Shown one piece after another: positions 19,622-30,079 of a DNA stretch of 64,000 nucleotides; within the stretch, counting starts at the first letter, position 1, and the number at the start of each line of letters is the position of its first letter. Source of the DNA: Nostoc sp. DedSLP01 (GTDB taxonomy: Bacteria > Cyanobacteriota > Cyanobacteriia > Cyanobacteriales > Nostocaceae); assembly GCA_034530875.2 (NCBI GenBank), contig JAVRCJ020000018.1, forward strand, positions 32,001 to 96,000. Direction: 5' to 3'. The notes under the pieces were generated by a model. It was not told the origin of the DNA. It worked only from the letters and a program-made list of their open reading frames with translations, and did not search any database. The translations under genes were made by a program, and so were the position numbers.

Positions 19622-21097
19622 TCAACAACGCCGCAACTGAGCTAACAAAACAACAATTTCATCAATTGCTTGGCGCACAACTGTTGCAGGTTGTTCGGAT
19701 TGATTGACAATAATACTAAAAACCAAAGGTTTATACTGGGGTGCATTCACATATCCAGAGAGAGAAACTACACCCGTTAACGTACCTGTTTTCGCTTGCA
19801 CAATACCCTCGGCTGGTGTGTTTTGCAAACGCTCTTTTAAAGTTCCACTTTTACCAGCGACAGCTAAAGATGCGCGATATATAGATCCTGTTGGCGTTTT
19901 TGCCATTCCCCGTAAAGTTTGTACAAAAGCTTGTGGTGTCACTAAGTCACGACGCGATAAACCCGAACCATCTATTAAAATATAATCTGCTGGATCGACT
20001 CCCAATTGAGTTAAGCTTGCTTTCACTATTTCCAAACCTATATTAGCGCTGGTCTGATTTTTAAGTTTGGGTTTATCTCCAGCTAATGCTCTCAATAGTG
20101 CCTCAGCATAAAGATTATTACTATTACCATTTGTCTCTGCTAATAATTCAGATAAAGGCGGTGATTCTACAAATGCTATTTCTTGTTGATTAATACCACC
20201 CGCTAGTACTACTGCTTTTCCTAAAGAGATTTGCTCTGTTGCTAACGCGCTACGGAAGCGGCGTAAGAAATAATAACTAGGATCGACTACAGGTAAATCT
20301 AATAAATACGGCTCAGAATTGGCTGTTAATTGTCCTTTAACTCGTAATGTTGTTCCTGATAATTCACGACTAACATCAATATAAATTGGTTGATTTTCGG
20401 TAACAGTTGCTGACTGATTAATTGTCCGCCATTGTCTGGCTTCATTAGCGTCATTCCAGACAATTTGTAAAGATTGACCTACAGCTTGCGGGACAAATTT
20501 TAAGCTAAAAATATTCTGATTAGTAATAAAACTGCTAACTGGCGCGCCATAATCTGATTGTACATCTTCCCATTGCCAGGTGGGGTTAACAATATCTCCT
20601 TGAATATAACTATCATCGGCAATTAATTCTGGAATTTCAGTTATACCTTTGTTTTTCAATTGTTGTGCTAACGCTTGCAGTTGAATATCACTTAAACTAG
20701 GATCTCCTCTACCCACAACACGTAAAACACCATTACTATTTTGATAAATAGAAGTACGAATCCGAAAATTAGCGCCTAACTGTTGCAATGCTGCTGCTGT
20801 TGTTAGCAACTTGATGTTAGACGCGGGAATAAAGTATTTGTTTGCGTCTCGATTGTAAAGAGCTAACCCTACTGACAAAGGTTCCACTAAAATCCCCCAA
20901 CGCATTCGACTAAATAGGGGACGATTGATAACAGCATCTACAGCTGTTCCCAATTGATTGGAGCAAATTAATTTTGTAGGAGTTGTAGGTGCAACTGGGG
21001 TTTGTGCTTTAACAATTCTAGAAGTAAATGCTATCTGGGCAGTTAAAAATATTAACAAAATACCCAGCGGTTGATTAAAAATCTTAAGTTTCACCAA
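19622..21097 (-). CDS. dacB: D-alanyl-D-alanine carboxypeptidase/endopeptidase (PBP4, peptidase S13)
   Basis: PASNIK (SxxK), SNN, DGSGLSR, AKTGT motifs. Confidence 0.92.
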   Translation of the reverse strand: MVKLKIFNQPLGILLIFLTAQIAFTSRIVKAQTPVAPTTPTKLICSNQLGTAVDAVINRPLFSRMRWGILVEPLSVGLALYNRDANKYFIPASNIKLLTTAAALQQLGANFRIRTSIYQNSNGVLRVVGRGDPSLSDIQLQALAQQLKNKGITEIPELIADDSYIQGDIVNPTWQWEDVQSDYGAPVSSFITNQNIFSLKFVPQAVGQSLQIVWNDANEARQWRTINQSATVTENQPIYIDVSRELSGTTLRVKGQLTANSEPYLLDLPVVDPSYYFLRRFRSALATEQISLGKAVVLAGGINQQEIAFVESPPLSELLAETNGNSNNLYAEALLRALAGDKPKLKNQTSANIGLEIVKASLTQLGVDPADYILIDGSGLSRRDLVTPQAFVQTLRGMAKTPTGSIYRASLAVAGKSGTLKERLQNTPAEGIVQAKTGTLTGVVSLSGYVNAPQYKPLVFSIIVNQSEQPATVVRQAIDEIVVLLAQLRRC

Positions 21098-21360
21098 TAC
21101 TCCTTATACCAATGATAAATAATTTTACCTTGGCAGAAGTTTATTTACTGACGTAAAAAAATTGACAAGGTAAAGTTGCTTAACTAGTATAAATAAGATG
21201 TTCGCATTTTTACAGATGTTTTAATATATTTGAATCACAGTCTTCTGTAGAGACGGCGATTTATCACGTCTCTCTAACGTGTCGTATCTAGACGCGATAA
21301 ATCGCGTCTCTAGATGAGGGCTTTCTCGCTTATGCGAAGGGTATTGCGTTTGCCCTGGAT

Positions 21361-21518
21361 CTGATACCATTTGACGAAAAATCTGAAACAGATGTAAACG
21401 CTGAAAGCTTTGCTAAATCTAAGTTTTTTAATTGCGAATTGCGTTAGCGCAGCGTTAGCGACGTTCGCGTAGCGTCTCGCAGAGAAGGAGCGTCATTGCG
21501 AATTGTGAATTGGTATGA
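21361..21518 (+). mobile_element. MITE-like element carrying a nested small repeat
   Basis: GATACCATTT...GAATTGGTATGA ends; homologous to the reverse complement of 50002..50160. Confidence 0.65.
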
Positions 21519-21578
21519 CTTGTGTATACAAGCGAAAAAAGAGCGAAACCGGAATTAAAGTCTCTCTTAAAAAGGGTA

Positions 21579-21619
21579 GCCACTCCGATATTGGGGATAA
21601 CCCCCAATATCGGAGTGGC
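21579..21619. repeat. Perfect 18-bp inverted repeat
   Basis: GCCACTCCGATATTGGGG-ATAAC-CCCCAATATCGGAGTGGC. Confidence 0.85.
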
Positions 21620-21699
21620 GTAGATAATTGTGGCTCTAGAACGTTTTGCTACCGAAAAAAGGACTTTTCAAACATCCTCTAAAGGCATTATCTAAAGTT

Positions 21700-21903
21700 T
21701 TAGAAATATTGACTAATATAATAGTCAAGAAATTGACTACGAGTTAACCACTTACCTTGCGGAAATACTAACTTTTTAGTTATATGGATAACCTCGTTAA
21801 CAAAAGCGATAAAATCATCACCTTTTAAAATTAACTGATCGCCTGTTATATGGTCAGTCAAGACTACAGACTGATTTACTTTCATATATGTGTATCTTTG
21901 CAT
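21700..21903 (-). CDS. Hypothetical protein (67 aa)
   Basis: Isolated ATG-start ORF with protein-like composition; no family recognised. Confidence 0.5.
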   Translation of the reverse strand: MQRYTYMKVNQSVVLTDHITGDQLILKGDDFIAFVNEVIHITKKLVFPQGKWLTRSQFLDYYISQYF

Positions 21904-22341
21904 AAGCTATTGCATTGTGGTTAGTCAATATAATTAGCCGTCTTCTATCTGTTATTTCGACATAAAAACACTAACCATTCCGCAGCTAAACTAACAATTT
22001 TTGAGTAAAATTTGATTCTTGTAAGTCTACAAATACTTATTTATATAAGGTAAAGACAGCTTTTTAACAAAAGCGATCGCCATATATTATGAATGTGAAT
22101 AATCTCAGATAAATATTGCGATCGCTAATCAATATAAAACACAATTTTATTTGAAGCGCAAAAGAAAGTAGACTACTCTATCAGACGAAATGTTCCCACT
22201 TTTGATACCAAAGTTTTTTGTTAAAAATGATACTTACATTACTAGTATGGGAATAATAACATCATGCTTGAGAAATATTTGAAATTAATCTCAGCATACT
22301 AGGTATGTTTTCTCATTGGCGGTTACAGGAGCAAATTGTTC

Positions 22342-23133
22342 ATGAAAGTAAGTTCATCAGGGGCTAAATTGGGTAGTGCAATTATTAGCAGTAGTTGTTT
22401 AGCAGCAGCAATTATTGGTTTCAGCGATTCGAGCGTTTTTGCTGCTCAATTCATCACCATTAATACTACTGGTACATTATCAGGAACTATCGAACTTCCC
22501 AGAAATAATCCCAATTTCAATCGCAGTATTACTCGTATTGATACCGATGAAACTGGAACTTATTACCGGAACTTAGGTACTACTAACAATCCTAATTATG
22601 TTCCTGCGTACACATCAGACTATGTAAAAGTAGAAACACGCGCTGATGGAAGTCTGCATTACTTCGTCGATTTTAAAGGTATTCCTTTTGTGTCCTTCGA
22701 TGGTGTCCTGACATCGCCAATTCTCTCTAGCGGCCATTTGACTCCCTTTGTTTACCAAGGACAATTGCCGGGAACTACATTTCAAGGAGTAGTGCAAGAT
22801 GAATTTAATTTCATTAAAGCTTTCTACACCGGCACTGTCACCGACCCAGGTACAGGCAAGCAATATCAGGGTACTTTTGAAGTCAACGGATATGGAGAAC
22901 GATATAGCGATCGCAATGGTGGTTTAACTCCCACAGTTTTTGATTTCCAATCCGATATCCCCGGTTCGCCAACCATAACATCTTTGGCTTTGACTAATAT
23001 TCCCCTAGCGCATTTGAGTATTAAAGTACCTATACCTGTTGAAACTTCCATTCCAGAACCCGCTAGCCTCTTTGGAACCCTGATGGCTGCTGCTTTTGGT
23101 ATCCTTTTCAAAAGGAAAAAAGTTCACTGTTGA
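22342..23133 (+). CDS. PEP-CTERM sorting-domain exported protein
   Basis: N-terminal signal peptide; C-terminal IPEP, hydrophobic helix, then KRKK. Confidence 0.85.
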   Translation: MKVSSSGAKLGSAIISSSCLAAAIIGFSDSSVFAAQFITINTTGTLSGTIELPRNNPNFNRSITRIDTDETGTYYRNLGTTNNPNYVPAYTSDYVKVETRADGSLHYFVDFKGIPFVSFDGVLTSPILSSGHLTPFVYQGQLPGTTFQGVVQDEFNFIKAFYTGTVTDPGTGKQYQGTFEVNGYGERYSDRNGGLTPTVFDFQSDIPGSPTITSLALTNIPLAHLSIKVPIPVETSIPEPASLFGTLMAAAFGILFKRKKVHC

Positions 23134-23293
23134 GCAAAGTTAGAGTGTAGGGGGAAAGGGAAAAGGTTTGTTCTTATCCCTTTTCCCCAGTTCTGCAAGA
23201 AGCCTATTAACCATCAACATCAAAGATTTAAAAAGGCGTCTTTCATCCCATCCTTGAAAGGAATAGTTTTTTGACGCCTTTTGACAAAATTTT

Positions 23294-24397
23294 TTAGCCA
23301 TTAAAAACGCGACTGCGCCATTTATTTAAACGTGCTTCTCCGACTGCGGCCAGACGTCGAGCATCAGCAATTTGTTCTTGTAAAGCAGCAATTTGTTGTG
23401 CGTTAGCGTCGGCTTGCTGTTGCAAAGATGTATATTGCTGTGTTGTCGGCTGATAACTAGAAGACTGGAAACTACTAGTGAATTGCGTTGTACCAATGCT
23501 GGCAAAGGGTCGTAAGTCTGCTAGTTGTTGTTGTAAAGCTGCAATTTGGCTTTCTTGTTCTTGAATTTTTTGCTTTAAACTTTCTTCGCCTGCTTTACTA
23601 GCTGCAACAAATGTATTAACTTCAGCAGTAGATTCTGGCTTGGGTTTGAACACTTCAGCTAACAATGCGCTCACGTCTGTTGGTACGAGCTTACCGTAAG
23701 GAGCATTTCTAATTAGCGATCGCACTAACTGAGGTTTATTATTTGATGCTGGGTTCTTGTCGCTGCTGGAATTGCTGCGTACTAGTTGCAGCATATTGGT
23801 GAATTCCAATATTTTTTGGCCGTTTTGGGTTTTGTAACCCCGATAGTATGGCACTATGCTCTCGCCAAAGACGCTTACATACTCGTCGCTATCAAGATAA
23901 GAATCAATATCTGCCTCAAAACCCCCTTCGTCTAAAATGTTACTGTGATGTATCATTTCAGAGTAGTCATCAGGAGCGCGGCCTAAGAGGTGCTTGAAGT
24001 TTAATTCAATAGCACGGTAGCGGTAAACGTTATCAAAAAATCTGGAACGATATAATTCTGATTTGGCAATCTGACGCACAAACTCACGAACGTTAATTAT
24101 GCCTTGTTTGAGCTGTGATTCCGGTACAATCAAGCGCTCGCTTTCCATCACGTAAGCATTGCCCAAAACTTGCCGATAAACTGCCCGAATTATAATTTCG
24201 ATCTCATCAATTGAAGCACCAGGCCACAGTTCAATAATTTCCGTTTGGGAAAATGCTTGATATTGGCGTTGTCTAACTTCGTCATCTGAAAGGGTTGGCA
24301 TAGTTGAATTAGTGCAAATAAATTTGGCGAAGAATTTATTGATATCCGCTGTCATATTTGATGTAGCGCTTAAAGGTGATGCCGATTGCGTTTTCAC
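23294..24397 (-). CDS. Phycobilisome linker-domain protein with coiled-coil C terminus
   Basis: IRAVYRQVLGNAYVMESERL, ELNFKHLLGRAP, FGESIVPYYRGY linker motifs; real start may be ATG 24301. Confidence 0.85.
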   Translation of the reverse strand: MKTQSASPLSATSNMTADINKFFAKFICTNSTMPTLSDDEVRQRQYQAFSQTEIIELWPGASIDEIEIIIRAVYRQVLGNAYVMESERLIVPESQLKQGIINVREFVRQIAKSELYRSRFFDNVYRYRAIELNFKHLLGRAPDDYSEMIHHSNILDEGGFEADIDSYLDSDEYVSVFGESIVPYYRGYKTQNGQKILEFTNMLQLVRSNSSSDKNPASNNKPQLVRSLIRNAPYGKLVPTDVSALLAEVFKPKPESTAEVNTFVAASKAGEESLKQKIQEQESQIAALQQQLADLRPFASIGTTQFTSSFQSSSYQPTTQQYTSLQQQADANAQQIAALQEQIADARRLAAVGEARLNKWRSRVFNG

Positions 24398-24665
24398 CCA
24401 GTAAGTCCAATCTACAAAAAATCGCGAAGGTATTGTAATTAGGAATTTCCAAGAAATAAATTATCTAATCTTGTGGGGTGAGCGTCTTGGCCGACCGCAA
24501 TCAAGGGCGGGCAGGATGCCCACCCCACAAGCAATAGTTAGATATTTTTATTTAGAATTCCCTTTGGATATAAGCTATCAAGTTTTGAGAGATTTTTTAG
24601 TTACATTTTCTAACAAACTAAAAGGAACTTTCTTAACCCAAGCGTATTGCTTTAATGAAATAGCA

Positions 24666-24698
24666 TCACAGCTAGTTTTTCCTAATAACTAGCTGTGA
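24666..24698. terminator. Hairpin downstream of cpeR
   Basis: TCACAGCTAGTT-N9-AACTAGCTGTGA. Confidence 0.45.
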
Positions 24699-24818
24699 GA
24701 CATTAACAGTTAACCGTCAACCCTCTAGAGGAGGAATTTAAAATTCAAGGCTAATTTAGTTGTCGAACTTTTAATTAAATCGTACTTCTAACTCCAAGCA
24801 AGCTAGCAAGAGCATTTC

Positions 24819-25124
24819 TTAACAACGGACATCAAATCTAGTGTAAAAACCACCATATTTTATCCAGTATTGTTTCAAGTTGTGATGAGGTGTATGTAAG
24901 CTTGCTTTTGCCTGATATAGAATAACTTGCCGATGATCGCCCATCCAAATTTTATTCACGGGGTCAACGGATATTACCGTTCCTCCTAAAGAAGCAACAC
25001 ATTCAGAGAACCTTTCAATCGTTGTATATTCTAATGTTTCAAAGATAAAAAAGTTACCCGAACAAATCAAGTGACGACTGCGAATCCAGCAGCGCATTTT
25101 CTTTTCAGCTAGTGGAGGTAACAT
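24819..25124 (-). CDS. cpeR: Phycoerythrin operon regulator CpeR
   Basis: MLPPLAEKKMRCWIRSRHLICSGNFFIFET...KQYWIKYG; follows cpeT. Confidence 0.9.
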   Translation of the reverse strand: MLPPLAEKKMRCWIRSRHLICSGNFFIFETLEYTTIERFSECVASLGGTVISVDPVNKIWMGDHRQVILYQAKASLHTPHHNLKQYWIKYGGFYTRFDVRC

Positions 25125-25150
25125 TTTAGGTTTAATGCATTCGAGCTGAA

Positions 25151-25780
25151 TTAACATAATCCACTCAGCGTATGTAATTCATGAGCAAAACTTTCTCGTT
25201 TTTCAAAACGTAAAGGGCCAGCAGTAGATCCCCATATTTGCTCGTCGGTTTCAATATCCATACCTTTATCCAAACTGATCCAAGTATGCTCGGTTATTTC
25301 CACTTCACTAACAAGATATGTTTGGCGGCCGTTGCGGGTAATTAGACATTGATTGCCTTCTTCGACGCTACCGCGAAACATTTCACCTTCTCTAACAAAA
25401 ACCATCGAACAGTGATAGCGACGTTCGATACTTTCTGGGGTAATGGTTTTGAGGATATCTAATTCACGACCAGCACCAGCATAAAGTATAGGGTCTTTCA
25501 AGCTGTAATTTTCGATATAAATGCGATCGCCCCAATCTACTAATCTATGTACTCCCTGGCGATAGGGCGTCCATAAATCGTGGTCATAGACTTGTTCGGA
25601 ATAAAAACCAATGCCAGAAAAAAACTCAAATGGTAAAGGACGAAAAAAAATGTGAATGTGGGCGTAAAGCTGAGGATTGGCAAAAGATTGCTTTTGGTTG
25701 CTAAAATCTCCTGCCATCCAACAAGCTAAAGCAAACAAATCGCTAGACTTGGTACTAGAGTCATTAGCGGCTATTGTCAT
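25151..25780 (-). CDS. cpeT: T-type phycobiliprotein lyase CpeT
   Basis: LACWMAGDFSNQKQ, FYSEQVYD, PYRQGVHR, QIWGS motifs; cpe context. Confidence 0.9.
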   Translation of the reverse strand: MTIAANDSSTKSSDLFALACWMAGDFSNQKQSFANPQLYAHIHIFFRPLPFEFFSGIGFYSEQVYDHDLWTPYRQGVHRLVDWGDRIYIENYSLKDPILYAGAGRELDILKTITPESIERRYHCSMVFVREGEMFRGSVEEGNQCLITRNGRQTYLVSEVEITEHTWISLDKGMDIETDEQIWGSTAGPLRFEKRESFAHELHTLSGLC

Positions 25781-25894
25781 ATTCAACCTCAGGAGTGATA
25801 AAACAAAATTCAATCAGGCAATGTGGGCTAAAAAACACTCTTTATGGTCGTTAGCTGTTGACGGTTAACAGTTATCAGCGATCGGCCAAGATTG

Positions 25895-26431
25895 CTAACT
25901 CGTTGAACTTGACAAAGATCGAATCTCTGAAGAAAAGGAAGCCGTTGTCACGCCTTTACCATCGCTGGTTTTGATCGTGGATACGCGAAAACGTAAATTT
26001 GGGTTGGCAAACCAAATTCGTTCTTCAGCAGCAGCCAGTTCGTACTTTGTTACCAAGGTAAAAATACCATCATTACTAATATGGTATTCACCTACTGCTG
26101 GGATTGTTTCAGCATATCCCTGCTCCCGCAGGAGTTTGCCTATAGAAGGATTTTCGAGATCGGGAATTGGTACTAGCACGGTACTGCCAGATATCGGTTT
26201 ATCGTCCCAGTCTGATTCGCCTTCCCAAGTCATGCGAAAGGGGTGACTGATGGTGCTGGGGTCAGTGTCATATAATTTACATATTGCCAGCACTGCCGCA
26301 TCGTCTATAGATAAAGACTCAATGTCAATGGTAGATAGCACTTCTTCAAAATGCGCGAATGCTAAGTGATGGCCGCTACGTTGCGATCGCCATCTTCCAA
26401 TTGAAAGTTCAAAAAATTCGTTAATTTTCAT
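25895..26431 (-). CDS. cpeS: S-type phycobiliprotein lyase CpeS
   Basis: FFELSIGRWRSQRSGHHL, GYAE, EERIWF, ASFSSEIR motifs. Confidence 0.9.
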   Translation of the reverse strand: MKINEFFELSIGRWRSQRSGHHLAFAHFEEVLSTIDIESLSIDDAAVLAICKLYDTDPSTISHPFRMTWEGESDWDDKPISGSTVLVPIPDLENPSIGKLLREQGYAETIPAVGEYHISNDGIFTLVTKYELAAAEERIWFANPNLRFRVSTIKTSDGKGVTTASFSSEIRSLSSSTS

Positions 26432-26702
26432 TACAAAAGCAATTTCAAAAACAGCTGGCAATCAAATAAATACTTTAGCTAATTAGTTAACTATCTATTC
26501 AGTGTTGTCTAGGCATTTACTTATGACTAAGTACGTTTCTAATGGCTTTTATTAAGTTTATTTTACTTTTAATCAAACCACAGGATTGGGCACGAGGTAC
26601 AGAGTAGTGAGTACTAAAGTAAGCAATGCCCAATGACGGCAGTTGCTACAAGCCGGGAAACCCGTCCAACGTACTGCCTCCCCAATGCCCAATCCCTATT
26701 GT

Positions 26703-27461
26703 TTAAACAATCTCTGTGATGCTCACAATCTTCCCATTAGTGCGATTGATCCGCTGAATTTGCGGTGTCATCTTGCTAGCAGGAACAATGTATTCGGTTG
26801 TAGCGCGGCGGCGGGGGTTATCAAATTTTCCGCTTCCACCCTGAACGAGAATCTTAAATCTCTTTTCAGTACTACCGATCCCAGAAGGTTGCTTAATTTT
26901 GGCAGGACTATTGGTTGCTACGGAGTACACCAACTGAGAAGATTTGACAGCACTTGATGTTTCAGCTACACCACGAACAAGACTAAAAATCCTGTTAAAG
27001 CCGACTTGCTTCTGTCCTACTTGGCTACTGTTTCCCCGATAGTAGGGTACAGTATTCTCGCCAAAGTTCAGTTGATACTCAAGGCTACCAATGTAGGAGT
27101 CGATTTCGGCATCGTAACCGCTTTCAACTGTACGACAGATATGCTCGGAAACCTCTGTTTGGTCTAAGGGGGCGCGACCTAACAGATGTTTAAAGTTGAG
27201 TTCAATGAACCGATAAGGAGCAGTGCTTTCAAAGAACCGAGTCCGGTAAAGCTCGGACTTAGCAACGATTCGCACAAATTCACGAACGGTGATTTTGCGA
27301 TCGCGCAGTTGCGATTCACCTGTTACCAGCCGTTGGCTTTCTAACAAGTGAGCGTTACCTAAAACCTGCTTATAAACGGCTCGAATCACAGCTTCGACTT
27401 CTTCACTAGAGCTATTTGGCCACAGCTCCACCTTTGGCGAATTTATAACTATGCTTCCCAT
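26703..27461 (-). CDS. cpeD: Phycoerythrin-associated rod linker CpeD
   Basis: Linker domain plus C-terminal TEYIVPASKMTPQIQRINRT.GKIVSITEIV as in CpeD. Confidence 0.85.
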   Translation of the reverse strand: MGSIVINSPKVELWPNSSSEEVEAVIRAVYKQVLGNAHLLESQRLVTGESQLRDRKITVREFVRIVAKSELYRTRFFESTAPYRFIELNFKHLLGRAPLDQTEVSEHICRTVESGYDAEIDSYIGSLEYQLNFGENTVPYYRGNSSQVGQKQVGFNRIFSLVRGVAETSSAVKSSQLVYSVATNSPAKIKQPSGIGSTEKRFKILVQGGSGKFDNPRRRATTEYIVPASKMTPQIQRINRTNGKIVSITEIV

Positions 27462-27504
27462 GTATTTTTTCCCAAGCTTAGTTTGTGAATAGATTGTCTA
27501 TTTC

Positions 27505-28368
27505 TCAATTGACAGGAGTGATACTGGCAATTACACCGCCCTGCTTGTGAATTCGTTGATACTCTTGTGAGAGTTGGTTGTAGGGTACAAAATAGACCTG
27601 GTTACTGCGGCGGAACTTGGAAATGTTATTTACCACGTTTGACTTGTAGCCAGTAACTTCAATCCGGTAAATCTTACCATCATCACCTGCTCCCACGCCT
27701 TGGCGGGTGCGGGCTGTAGATGTTGGGTTGCGGAATGTAGCACCCTTACTACCCGGTGAAACCACAGGAGTAGCGGTGTTTTGAATCACTAGACTGTTCA
27801 ATCTTGGTTGTTTGCCAGCTAAGTCGCCTTTGAGACTGCTGCTAGAAGAACCCCGTACCAGCTGGAATAAGTGGGTAAACTGAACTAAGCCTTGGATAGC
27901 TTCAGTTTTGTAACCCCGAATATAAGGTATCGTGTCTTCCCCGAAAGTCTCTTGGTACTCGTCGCTGTCTAAATAAGAATCAATCTCAGCTTCAAAACCC
28001 TTTGTATCGAGAATAGTGCTATGCGAACGGGTTTCTTCAAGATCCAATGGCGCGCGACCAAGAAGATGTCTGAAATTTAATTCAATCGACCGATAGCGAG
28101 GAACGCTATCAAAAAAGCGCGAACGATAAAGTTCCGACTTGGCAACTTGACGCACAAATTCGCGAACGCTAATTTCGCCGCGTTTGAGTTGGGATTCAGC
28201 AACGATTAACCGTTCGCTCTCCAAAACATACGCATTGCCCAAAACTTGCTTGTAGACAGCTCTAATTACGGTTTCAATTTCCTCATTAGAGAGACCTGGC
28301 CACACATTAATGGGATCGGTGTCTTCAAATAAAGCGACCCCTAATCGTGATGCTGGTCCGAAAGCCAT
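27505..28368 (-). CDS. cpeC: Phycoerythrin-associated rod linker CpeC
   Basis: MAFGPASRLGV N terminus and KFRRSNQV...SQEYQRIH.QGGVIASITPV C terminus. Confidence 0.92.
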   Translation of the reverse strand: MAFGPASRLGVALFEDTDPINVWPGLSNEEIETVIRAVYKQVLGNAYVLESERLIVAESQLKRGEISVREFVRQVAKSELYRSRFFDSVPRYRSIELNFRHLLGRAPLDLEETRSHSTILDTKGFEAEIDSYLDSDEYQETFGEDTIPYIRGYKTEAIQGLVQFTHLFQLVRGSSSSSLKGDLAGKQPRLNSLVIQNTATPVVSPGSKGATFRNPTSTARTRQGVGAGDDGKIYRIEVTGYKSNVVNNISKFRRSNQVYFVPYNQLSQEYQRIHKQGGVIASITPVN

Positions 28369-29091
28369 TCAAACTATCTCCCAGTGAAAAACTAAATTTT
28401 ATGAGAAGGATACTCAGCAGATGTTAAAAAACTTTACATTACTTGAAACAAAAGGGAGTACTAGAAGCTTTAAAAGTCTTTTGAACGCCCATAATTCAAA
28501 TTTTTTGAGTTTTTTGCATCTTTATGCCTTTACACATTTTGATACGAGGCTGAATCCTTATTTATTAAAATTTGTTAACTTAAATGATACCTGAGAAAAA
28601 TTCCAGCTTTTTTTTAGTATGTAATTCGGAATTATGCGAAAAATTGTGGTATGTGGGTATACAAAAGTACTGAATGTAGAGCAATAACAATAAGGTATGG
28701 CGATCGCAAAGATAACTAGATCGGTGTAAATATCTATTATTATCATAAGCCACAAAGTAGGTATGCCAGAGGTAGAAATAAAAAGAGTTTCAGCATCTTT
28801 TATTTTTCTTTACATAGTTTTGTTTTTCTTTGCCGTTGTCCTTCAATACAAAAAGGTAATTAAAAGCAAAGTTTTGTTGCAGTCGTGCTGTTTTGTGATA
28901 GTAGGAATGTAAAAACAATTGTGCCGCGATGCGTCAGTACAAGGTACAAAAAGTCTTTGCGTAAAGCAGCATTATTTATTTATGGGGATTTTATGCCGGG
29001 AATTTTGGATTTTGAATTCAGCGTTCGCGTAGCGTCTCGCAGAGAAGGGATTGACACCCCCATTTTTTTAACTAAACCAAATATACCTTTT

Positions 29092-29312
29092 AAGTAGGCG
29101 GACATAATTAAATGTAAAATCCAAAGGAGCGAAACCTTTTACTATTGAGGGTTTTACCTTCTGCCTTCTGCCGACGCTCGCGGACTCGCTCTAAGCGTAC
29201 CCCTACGGGGAAGCAAGCTACGCGCAGCGTCTCGTAGAGAAGCCATGCCGTTGGCAAAGCCTCTCGTAGAGAAGGCTTTACGCTGCGCTATCTTGCCTCC
29301 TGCCTTCTACTT
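29092..29312 (+). mobile_element. MITE (AAGTAGG ends) with ~120-bp nested repeat insertion
   Basis: First ~80 bp nearly identical to 31813..31901; interrupted by GC-rich small repeats. Confidence 0.65.
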
Positions 29313-29545
29313 AGAATTGGGTTTTAGTTTCAAATTCTATCCTCTTGCTTATTCGCTTTTGAAAAGCTCCAATTCTCAACTTGAATAAGATTGATTTTTT
29401 ATCTTGTCTATCAAGAATTACGCGAGAACGAAGTTTAGCGCGTGCCATCTTACTAAGTCCCCAATATTTGTTGGTTAAGGAAAAAAAAGAAAAGGAAAAG
29501 CAAAACTTTAGCCCAAAATCAGTAACCTTTTCCCAAAAGCAAATT

Positions 29546-29704
29546 CTAAATTTTAAACTGTTTGTCCATACACTTCGAGCCAGCAAGCAAAGAAGATTTG
29601 GTACAAAGTGGAGTGCAAGCGTGCGAAATGCTACAATCTTTACTACCAGCCACAAGTTGTTCTCGCCGTACCAAATACCTGAAATCTAAAGCAGCGTTAA
29701 CCAT
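29546..29704 (-). CDS. Putative Cys/Ser/Thr-rich small peptide (52 aa)
   Basis: Manual translation MVNAALDFRYLVRREQLVAGSKDCSISHACTPLCTKSSLLAGSKCMDKQFKI; below the ORF-track cutoff. Confidence 0.3.
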   Translation of the reverse strand: MVNAALDFRYLVRREQLVAGSKDCSISHACTPLCTKSSLLAGSKCMDKQFKI

Positions 29705-30079
29705 TTGTCTCTATGTTCTCACTTTCAGTTTTGTTAACTATGGCTTGGGATTCAAGCAATTCGCTACAAAAAAAGACGTATTTATACAGGGAAGCGAACT
29801 ACATGTAGATCTCGTAAAGAAGATAGCGTTTAATAAAAATTTTATGATTTTTTTTATTTTTCACAAAAAAAAATTACATTTGGATTACTTATATTATAAA
29901 ATTATCCTGAAATCAAAGTATTTATACTGTAAGTATATTAAAAGCCTAGTAAAATTATTGAAAATTACTATCTTAAAGATATAATTATTTTATATTAAAT
30001 ATTTATGTCATATTTTCAATGATTTAATACAAACTTCTAGTTAGAAATTACTGAAAATTTTAACAGGATTAAAATTTTT

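Noticed and set aside
28649..28662. NtcA-like GTA-N8-TAC
   Set aside because: A single short match in AT-rich DNA with no supporting promoter evidence.
28369..28800. Chromatic-acclimation L-box or G-box upstream of cpeC
   Set aside because: I found no properly spaced TTGCACA-N4-TTGCACA or CTTTNCNATTT direct repeat by eye.
29311..29984. Overlapping ORFs of 102-140 aa
   Set aside because: Low-complexity AT-rich translations with non-ATG starts and no motifs.
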